Positions 8,873 through 15,837 of a DNA stretch of 54,193 bases are shown here, one piece after another. Each line of letters opens with the position of its first letter. Position 1 is the first letter of the stretch. The translations under genes were made by a program, and so were the position numbers. Below the pieces are notes generated by a model. That model made no database searches, was not told the DNA's origin, and saw nothing but the letters and a program-made list of their open reading frames with translations. Source of the DNA: Syntrophobacterales bacterium (lineage in GTDB: Bacteria; Desulfobacterota; Syntrophia; Syntrophales; CAMTWB01); assembly GCA_037445955.1 (NCBI GenBank), contig JBBIJM010000006.1, positions 1-54,193 of the forward strand, written 5' to 3'.

Positions 8873-9493
8873 ATGGGGCTTATCAACCTCCTTATCAACG
8901 ATCCGCAAACGTTCATCCTCCTTACCGTCCCCCTTCTTTACTCGATCATCTTTCACGAGCTCGCCCACGGTTATGTAGCCTACCGCCTGGGGGATCCCAC
9001 GGCAAGCTGGCTGGGGAGGCTGAGCTTAAATCCCCTGAAACACCTCGATCCCATCGGCACCCTGATGCTCTTTGTCGTCGGCTTCGGCTGGGCGAAACCG
9101 GTCCCGATCAACCCGAAAAACATTTCAGACCAACGCCGGGGACTCCTCCTTGTCTCGTCCGCCGGAATAATTACCAACTTCCTTTTGGCCTTTATCGCCC
9201 TTTTCCTCTTCCGCATCCTGGAGGCGTCCCCCGGCGAGGTGCTAGGGAAAATATTGTTCTATACCGCCCAGATCAACATCATCCTGGCCGCCTTCAACGC
9301 AATCCCCCTGCCGCCGCTGGACGGGTCGAAAATTCTCATGGGCTTCCTCTCTCCCCGGAATCAATACCTCCTCGCCCGGATCGAGCCCTACGGCCTGTTC
9401 ATCCTGATCGGTCTTATGTTCATAGGCGCCCTGGACCCGCTGATCCGCCTCTTCCGCTGGATCATCTTAAGGCTGCTTGCGGTTATCCTCTAG
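8873..9493 (+). CDS. Site-2 protease family (M50) membrane zinc metalloprotease
   Basis: HELAHGY (HExxH) in the first TM region, multi-pass membrane protein, PLDGSKIL-type second motif. Confidence 0.75.
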   Translation: MGLINLLINDPQTFILLTVPLLYSIIFHELAHGYVAYRLGDPTASWLGRLSLNPLKHLDPIGTLMLFVVGFGWAKPVPINPKNISDQRRGLLLVSSAGIITNFLLAFIALFLFRILEASPGEVLGKILFYTAQINIILAAFNAIPLPPLDGSKILMGFLSPRNQYLLARIEPYGLFILIGLMFIGALDPLIRLFRWIILRLLAVIL

Positions 9494-9594
9494 GAGAGAA
9501 AGATCGAAATCCCTTCTGTTGACATCACCTTCTACATATGCGATGAAGGCTAAGTTCTGTCTTTAAAAAGAAATCGGGAAAGGGGGAAACAGAT

Positions 9595-10149
9595 ATGCGG
9601 AAACATTCGCCGTTCGGATTCACGCTGCTTTTGATCGGGGCAATTTCCCTGTCCGCCTGGGGCTGCGCCACGACCCCGCCTGGGGCGGATCCGGCTGCCG
9701 GGACCCCCAGGCTCACCGTAAGCCCAACCACGGTAACCCTGGGGGTGGCCAAGATCATGGGAACCAGATTCACCTTCCAGGGCTCCGGGTTTCCCGCCGG
9801 GGAAAATGTGATCATCGCCGTTTCCGGACCGAAGGACACCTATGTCACCCTGGCCCTGGCCCGGGTAAACCCGGACGGGACCTTCTTCGAGGAGATGAGC
9901 GACGGGGATACGGCAAGACTCGTCAAGGCCACGGCGATCCTGAAGGCCGATATCACGAGAAACGAAAAGATGGAGGCGGTTTTGGTGATCTCAAGACCGG
10001 CGATCCCGGTGGGGAAATACAAGGTGACCGCAACGAGCATGATCAAAAACGTGACCGCCGAGGCGGCCCTTGAGTTCGACGAGCCGTCGGGGATTGATTT
10101 TGTCATGGACTGGCTGGGTAAGGTTACAGGAAAGATCGCCTATAAGTGA
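9595..10149 (+). CDS. Lipoprotein of unknown function
   Basis: Signal peptide with lipobox LSAWGC, followed by a beta-rich soluble domain. No recognisable catalytic motif. Confidence 0.6.
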   Translation: MRKHSPFGFTLLLIGAISLSAWGCATTPPGADPAAGTPRLTVSPTTVTLGVAKIMGTRFTFQGSGFPAGENVIIAVSGPKDTYVTLALARVNPDGTFFEEMSDGDTARLVKATAILKADITRNEKMEAVLVISRPAIPVGKYKVTATSMIKNVTAEAALEFDEPSGIDFVMDWLGKVTGKIAYK

Positions 10150-10185
10150 TCAGGCAGCAGGGCTTGAAAACGGCGAATTATTCCG

Positions 10186-10335
10186 GGGGCTTTAAATAAT
10201 GTCACCTCGAGGGGCCCAGGCGACGGGAAATCTTGGTGTCATGATCTTGGGGACGGTTTAAGATTTCTCCCTGCGGTCGAAATGACAAAATAACCGGTTT
10301 TTCAACGCTCTCCTTGCAATACCTCAAGGCTCTCA
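10186..10335 (+). repeat. Dispersed palindromic repeat, family 1, copy A
   Basis: AATAATGTC...GCGACGGGAAATCTT(10220..10234)...AAGATTTCTCCCTGCGGTCG(10260..10279)AAATGACA...GCAATACCTCAAGGCTCT. Aligns along its length with 41453..41598 and, in reverse, with 22048..22210. Confidence 0.8.
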
Positions 10336-10374
10336 CTTTCGTCTATCGCCTTGATCAAGGCGACGGCCAAGAGA

Positions 10375-10415
10375 CCCCGGGCGGCCTTCTAGCTTAGCCC
10401 GGGGCCCGTTTTTTC
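10375..10415 (+). terminator. Hairpin plus T-tract, candidate bidirectional terminator abutting the fdhA stop
   Basis: CCCCGGGC (10375..10382) pairs with GCCCGGGG (10397..10404), followed by CCCGTTTTTT on the plus strand. An A-rich run precedes the hairpin on the minus-strand transcript. Confidence 0.5.
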
Positions 10416-10420
10416 ATTTT

Positions 10421-13084
10421 TTAAGCCTTTTCTATTTTAACCACGCAGACCTTGAGCTCCGGGGTCTTCGAAATGTCGCAACAAGCGGTGTTGGTAAGGC
10501 AGTTCGAAGGGGCCGCGGCGAAATGAAAGGTCATAAACACCACCCCCGGGGTTATCCGCTCCGTCGTCTTTGTCCGCGCCGTGACGCTGCCGCGCCGGGA
10601 AGAGACCCGGACCGCATCCCCCGGCCCGATCCCGAGCTTTCCCGCATCCGAGGGATTTATCTCCACGAATTCCTCCCCGTGGAAACTGACGAGACCGTCG
10701 GTCTTTCCCGTCATGCTGGCGGTATGGTAGTGATAGAGGCTCCGGCCGGTGGTGAGGATATAGGGATACTCGCCGTCGGTCTCTTCCGCGGCGGGCCGGT
10801 ATTCCACCGGGGTAAACCTGCCCAGGCCCCGGGTGAATCTTCCCGCATGGAGGAAGGGCGTCCCCGGATGATCCGCCGTCGGGCAGGGCCACTGAAGGCT
10901 GCCGGCCTCGAGGCGACTGTAGGAGATGCCCCCGTAGGACGGGGTCAGGGCGGCGATCTCTTCCATGATCTCCCCGGGGTTCTCATAATTCCAGGCAAAT
11001 CCTAACCGGCCCGCGAGGAGTTGAAGGATCTCCCAGTCCGGTTTTGCCTCCCCCCGGGGTTTGACGGCCCGGCGGATCCGCTGAACCCTCCTTTCCGTAT
11101 TGACGAAGGTCCCGTCCTTTTCGGCAAACGAGGCGGCAGGCAGGACCACGTCGGCAATCCTTGCGGTCTCGGTGAGGAAGATGTCCTGGACCACGAGGAA
11201 ATCCAGGGCCTCGAGACATTCGGCGGCGTGGTTGACGTCGGGCTCGGTCAGGAAGGGGTTTTCCCCCATCACATACATCGCCCGGATCTCTTTGGCCTCC
11301 GCCGCCTTAAACATCTCGGTCATGGTGAGCCCCGGCTTGCCCGATAGTTCCACCCCCCAGTAGTCGGCGAATTTCCTCCGGATATCGTCGTTGGCGACGG
11401 GCTGGTAACCGGTGAAGACCACCGGGAGGGCCCCCATGTCGCAGGCCCCCTGGACGTTGTTCTGGCCGCGCAGCGGGTTCATCCCCGTACTTACCCTCCC
11501 CAAGTTGCCGGTAACCAGGGCGAGATTGGCCAGGGCCAGGACATTCTCCGTTCCGCTGGTATGCTGGGTCACCCCCATGGTGTAGAGGATCACCCCGGTC
11601 TTGGCCGCAGCAAAAGACCGGGCGGCGGCGATGATGTCCTCCGCCGGGACCCCGCTTAGCTTCTCGGCATATTCGGGGGTATATCTCTCCACGACCCTTT
11701 TCATCTCCTCAAAGCCTTCGGTCCGGGCGGCGATGAACTCCCTGTCCTCCAGACCCTCTTTGATGATCACGTTAACGATGCCGTTTAAAAGGGCCACGTC
11801 GGTGCCGGGTCTTAAGGGAAGATAGATCTCGGAAATGTCGGCAAGGGGAATCTTCCGGGGATCCGCCACAATCAGCCTCGTCCCGTTTCTTACGGCCTTT
11901 CTCACCCGATAGCCGATGACCGGATGATTCTCGGTGGTGTTCGAGCCGATTACGAAGATCGCCTCGGAGCCCTCTATCTCGTCGATCGAATTGGTCATCG
12001 CGCCGCTGCCGAACACGGTGGCCAGACCGGCCACGGTGGAGGCGTGTCAGAGGCGGGCGCAATGGTCTATGTTGTTTGTCCCCAGATGGCGAAACAGCTT
12101 CTGGAAGAGGTAGTTGTCCTCGGTCGTCGCCCGGGCCGAGCTTATCCCCGCCAGGGCATCGGCACCGTACCTCTCCCGGATGCCGGCAAGCCGGCCGGCC
12201 ACCAGGTCCAGGGCCTCCTCCCAGGAGGATTCGGTCAAGACCCCGTCCTTCTTGATCAGGGGGACGGTGAGCCTTTCGGGATGATTGACGAAGTGGTAGC
12301 CGAACCGGCCCTTCACACAGAGTTCGCCCCTGTTGACCGGGCTTTCCCTGTTCCCCCGGACCGAGACGACCTTATCTCCCCGGATTCCTAAGGAGATACC
12401 GCAACCGACCCCGCAATAGGGACAGATCGTCTCCACCTCCCGGGCGGGCCTTTCGTAACCCTTCCTGGCCAGGGCGCCGGTGGGGCAGCGGGTGAGGCAC
12501 TCGCCGCAGGATTCGCAGACCGATTCCGCCAGGGGTCCGTTGCCGAAGGTAACCACGGCGTTCTTATACCCTCTGAAGCCGAAGTCCAGGGCGGAAACCC
12601 CGTTTATCTCGGAACAGGTTCTAATGCAGATGCCGCAGAGGATGCAGCGGGTGCGGTCTATGGTGAAAAAGGGATTGGTTTCGTCCGGCTCCACCTCAAG
12701 GACGTCAGACCGGAACAGATCCATCCGCCCTTTCGTTATCCCCACCGCCTGGGCCACCTCCTGGAGGCGGCATTGGCTGTCTTTTACACAGGTGAGACAG
12801 TCCCCGTTGTGGTTGGTCAAGGCCAGTTCAACAACCGTTCTCTGGAGCCTCCGGCCCTCGTCCGTATCGGTTTTCACCACCATCCCCTCCTTCACCGGCG
12901 CCCGGCAGGCGGTGACGAGCTGGCCGTCCGCCTCGATCATACAGACCCGGCAGCCGCCGAAGGTGGTGAGGTCGGGATGTTCGCATAAGGTCGGGATATA
13001 GATGCCGAGCTTCCGGGCGGCCTCAAGGATCGTTGCCCCCTTTTCCACGGTAACCTTCAAGTCGTCGATGTATAAAGAAACCAT
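10421..13084 (-). CDS. fdhA: Selenocysteine-containing formate dehydrogenase catalytic subunit (NuoG-like Fe-S N-terminus plus molybdo/tungstopterin domain)
   Basis: Track ORFs 12047..13084 and 10421..12034 are in the same frame, separated only by TGA at 12049..12047. Read-through gives [30 protein letters not shown], the conserved Sec/Cys active-site context of formate dehydrogenases. The N-terminus has 2Fe-2S and 4Fe-4S Cys motifs. Confidence 0.85.
12014..12038 (-). promoter_or_regulatory. SECIS-like recoding hairpin
   Basis: On the mRNA, 8 nt after UGA: CACCGUGGCC-GGUCU-GGCCACGGUG. A 6-bp GC stem, one mismatch, then 3 more bp. The apical loop GGUCU resembles the GGUC-type loop of bacterial fdh SECIS elements. 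Confidence 0.6.
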
Positions 13085-13099
13085 AAGCAGACACTCCCC

Positions 13100-14989
13100 T
13101 CAATTAGTGGTTTTGTCGTTGCCGGAGACGCACCGGACGGCACCGAAGCGATCCGGGCATACCTCCAGACAGATCCCGCACCGGGTGCATTTGCCCTGAT
13201 CTATCACGTGGATTTCCTTTTTCGCCCCGGTGATGGCCTCGACGGGACAGGCTTTGAGGCACAAGCCGCAGGCCTTGCACTTGTCCCCGTCGATCAGGTA
13301 GGAGATCAGCTCCTTGCAGACCAGGGCGGGACAGCGGTGTTCTCTTATATGGGCCTCGTACTCGTCCCGGAAATAGCGGATCGTGCTTAGAACCGGGTTC
13401 GGGGCGCTTTGCCCGAGGCCGCAGATCGAGCCTTTCACCACCGCCTCGCCGATCTCGACCAGGAGATCGATATCCGTTTCCCTGCCCCTGCCCCGGCAGA
13501 TATCGTTTAGGATCTTGAGCATCTGTTCCGTGCCGACCCGGCAGGGGATACACTGGCCGCAGGACTCCTCCAGGGTAAAGTCGAGGAAATATCTCGCCAC
13601 ATCGACCATGCAGGTGCTGTCGTCCAGGACCACCATCCCCCCTGAGCCCATCATCGAGCCGGCCTCGGAGAGCGAGTCGAAATCCACCGGCAGATCGAGA
13701 CTCTCTTCCGGGAGACAGCCGCCGGAGGGACCGCCGGTCTGAACGGCCTTGAAGGTGCGTCCGCCTGCGACTCCGCCGCCGATCTCGTTGATGATGGTCC
13801 CTAAGGTAATCCCCATCGGCACCTCGATGAGGCCGCAGTTCTTGATCTTTCCCGTGAGGGCGAAAACCGCGGTGCCTCTGGACCTCGGGGTGCCGATGCC
13901 GCTGAACCACTTGGCCCCGTGGTGGATGATCTGGGCGACACAGGCAAAGGTCTTGACGTTGTTGAGCAAGGTCGGCTTCCCCCAGAGGCCCGCCTCGGTG
14001 GTCCGGGGACGGGGCAGGGGCTTGGGCATCCCCCTTTTCCCCTCGATCGAAAGGACCAGGGCGGTCGATTCGCCGCAGACGAAGGCGCCGGCCCCCTGAA
14101 ATATCTCCAGGTCGAAATCGAAGCCGCTTCCCAGGATATCCTTTCCCAGAAGCCCCCGCTCCTTGGCCTGGGCGATGCCCCGCCGGAGCTGCCGGATGGC
14201 CAGGGGATACTCCGCCCGGACATAGACATAGCCCCGGGAGGCGCCGATGGCGTAACCGGCGATGATCATCCCCTCGATAACCGAATGGGGATCGCCCTCG
14301 AGGACCGAGCGGTCCATGAAGGCCCCGGGGTCTCCCTCGTCGGCGTTGCAGATGACATACTTCTGATCGCTTTTGACCTGAAGGCAGGATTCCCACTTTC
14401 TCCCCGCCGAAAATCCCGCCCCGCCCCGGCCACGGAGGCCGGAGGCCTTGACCTCGGCGATTATCTCTTCCCGGGTCATCTCCAGGGCCTTGGCCAGGCC
14501 CAGATAGCCATCCCGGGCCAGGTAGTCGTCAATGCTCCCCGGATCGATGTGGCCGCAATTCCTCAAGACCACCTTGACCTGGCCCTTGAGTTCGGGGAGT
14601 TCCGAGAGGTTCTGCAGGCCGTCCAGTTTTCCCGGGCCCGTGATGCCCAGGGCCAGATCGGGCCGGGGATTGCCGTGGACAAAGAAGTCCTCGACGAGTT
14701 CCCGGGCCGTCTCCGGTTTTATCCCGCCATAGGTGATCCGTGGCTTGCCCGGGGCGATAATATCCACCAGAACCTCCCGGTGGCACATCCCGACACAGCC
14801 CACCTGACGGACTATGGCCTGCCTGCCCAGTTCGACGAGCTTGTCTTCCAGGGCGGAGATCACCTCCAGGGCGGAGGCGGCCCGGCCGCAGGTGGCGGCC
14901 CCCACCAGGATTACCGGAAGATTCCCCTCTTTTTCCGCCTGCTTTCTTTCCAGGGCGCGGTTTCTGATCGGTTCGAGCTTATTTCGCAT
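13100..14989 (-). CDS. NuoF-like NAD(P)H-binding flavoprotein subunit (thioredoxin-like 2Fe-2S N-domain, FMN/NADH core, C-terminal 2x[4Fe-4S])
   Basis: 629 aa. GLRGRGGAGFSAGRKWE FMN-site motif. ESCGQCIPCR N3-cluster motif. C-terminal CKACGLCLKACP and CTRCGICLEVCP. Confidence 0.85.
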   Translation of the reverse strand: MRNKLEPIRNRALERKQAEKEGNLPVILVGAATCGRAASALEVISALEDKLVELGRQAIVRQVGCVGMCHREVLVDIIAPGKPRITYGGIKPETARELVEDFFVHGNPRPDLALGITGPGKLDGLQNLSELPELKGQVKVVLRNCGHIDPGSIDDYLARDGYLGLAKALEMTREEIIAEVKASGLRGRGGAGFSAGRKWESCLQVKSDQKYVICNADEGDPGAFMDRSVLEGDPHSVIEGMIIAGYAIGASRGYVYVRAEYPLAIRQLRRGIAQAKERGLLGKDILGSGFDFDLEIFQGAGAFVCGESTALVLSIEGKRGMPKPLPRPRTTEAGLWGKPTLLNNVKTFACVAQIIHHGAKWFSGIGTPRSRGTAVFALTGKIKNCGLIEVPMGITLGTIINEIGGGVAGGRTFKAVQTGGPSGGCLPEESLDLPVDFDSLSEAGSMMGSGGMVVLDDSTCMVDVARYFLDFTLEESCGQCIPCRVGTEQMLKILNDICRGRGRETDIDLLVEIGEAVVKGSICGLGQSAPNPVLSTIRYFRDEYEAHIREHRCPALVCKELISYLIDGDKCKACGLCLKACPVEAITGAKKEIHVIDQGKCTRCGICLEVCPDRFGAVRCVSGNDKTTN

Positions 14990-15440
14990 ACCTGTCTAAG
15001 ACCTCCTTTACACTCTTGGTCTCCAGATAACCATAAACGTCTTCCCCCACCATCACCACCGGGGCAATGGCGCAGGAGCCGACGCAGTTGACCCGCTCCA
15101 GACTGAATTGATAATCTTCCGTAGTGCAGCCGCAGGAGATGGCAAGTTCCCGCTCAAAGGCCTCCATCAGCCGGCCGCCGCCCTTTACATGACAGGCGGT
15201 TCCCAGACAGACCTTGACCCCGTGCTTCCCTCTCTTGGTGAAATAGAATTGGGCGAAGAAGGTGGCCACCCCATAGATCTGGCTTGAGGGCGTCTTCATA
15301 AAACGGGAAATTTCCGCCATCGCCTCCCGGGGAAGGTAGCCGTACTGGGCCTGAACATCCTGGAGAATAGGGATCAATTCGTGGCGGGCGCCCCGGTAAC
15401 GGGACAGGATCGTTTCTCTGATGCTTGCGCTTTCGGTCAT
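14979..15440 (-). CDS. NuoE-like thioredoxin-fold [2Fe-2S] subunit
   Basis: Start moved to ATG 15440 (MTESASIRE), preceded by AGGAGGAG. Cys motifs CLGTACHVKG and CVGSCAIAP. Overlaps the nuoF-like start by 11 nt. Confidence 0.8.
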   Translation of the reverse strand: MTESASIRETILSRYRGARHELIPILQDVQAQYGYLPREAMAEISRFMKTPSSQIYGVATFFAQFYFTKRGKHGVKVCLGTACHVKGGGRLMEAFERELAISCGCTTEDYQFSLERVNCVGSCAIAPVVMVGEDVYGYLETKSVKEVLDRYAK

Positions 15441-15462
15441 ATGAGATCTCCTCCTGAGGAAT

Positions 15463-15497
15463 ATTATAACGCCTAGCTTGCGAAACAATTTCGAAAC
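15463..15497 (-). promoter_or_regulatory. Candidate promoter region of the FDH operon
   Basis: Perfect TATAAT on the minus strand (15468..15463), about 22 nt upstream of the ATG. No good -35. Two CGAAAC hexamers 11 bp apart (15481..15486, 15492..15497) occupy the -35 zone. Confidence 0.35.
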
Positions 15498-15578
15498 GAG
15501 AAGGTTTTTTCTTAATCAAGAAGCAAACACACGAGAGACTCGCGGGCTTTCTATCACAAAAGGCAGTTTATGCAAAAC

Positions 15579-15631
15579 GAAATAAATTCGAAATAAATTC
15601 TTTGACAGAAAAGCTCCTCCCGACTTATATT
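15579..15631 (+). promoter_or_regulatory. Tandem 11-mers followed by a candidate sigma70 promoter for the GH57-glgA gene
   Basis: GAAATAAATTC twice (15579..15589, 15590..15600). Then TTGACA (15602..15607), an 18-nt spacer and TATATT (15626..15631). This would give a ~200-nt leader. Confidence 0.4.
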
Positions 15632-15837
15632 GGAGTGGATGCAACTTGGGCCCCGCCGCCTGGGGCTTGGCTGAGGGTATAAACAAGAGACTTAGAACGC
15701 GATCCCAATTGTGAAACATCAGCACTGCCTGATCCACCGGAAGCCCTCAAACCTCCGGAACGGATAAAAGGCCGCCGCCTGTCGACGTAAAGCAAGGGGG
15801 TTTTTCAACCACACCGGCCGTTTACTGGGAGGAACAG

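Noticed and set aside
12035-12049. Apparent stop and gap suggesting a disrupted fdhA pseudogene
   Set aside because: The two halves are in frame, the TGA sits in the conserved Sec/Cys position, and a SECIS-like hairpin follows. Selenocysteine recoding explains it better than gene decay.
13104-15091. 430-aa (13104..14396, -) and 390-aa (13919..15091, +) ORFs overlapping the nuoF-like gene
   Set aside because: Both are alternative-frame or antisense shadows with Arg/Pro/Gly-rich sequences. The 629-aa frame carries all the NuoF motifs.
15516-15737. 73-aa minus-strand ORF in the FDH/glycogen divergent intergenic region
   Set aside because: No RBS and no recognisable fold. It overlaps the predicted promoter and tandem repeats, so it was treated as non-coding.
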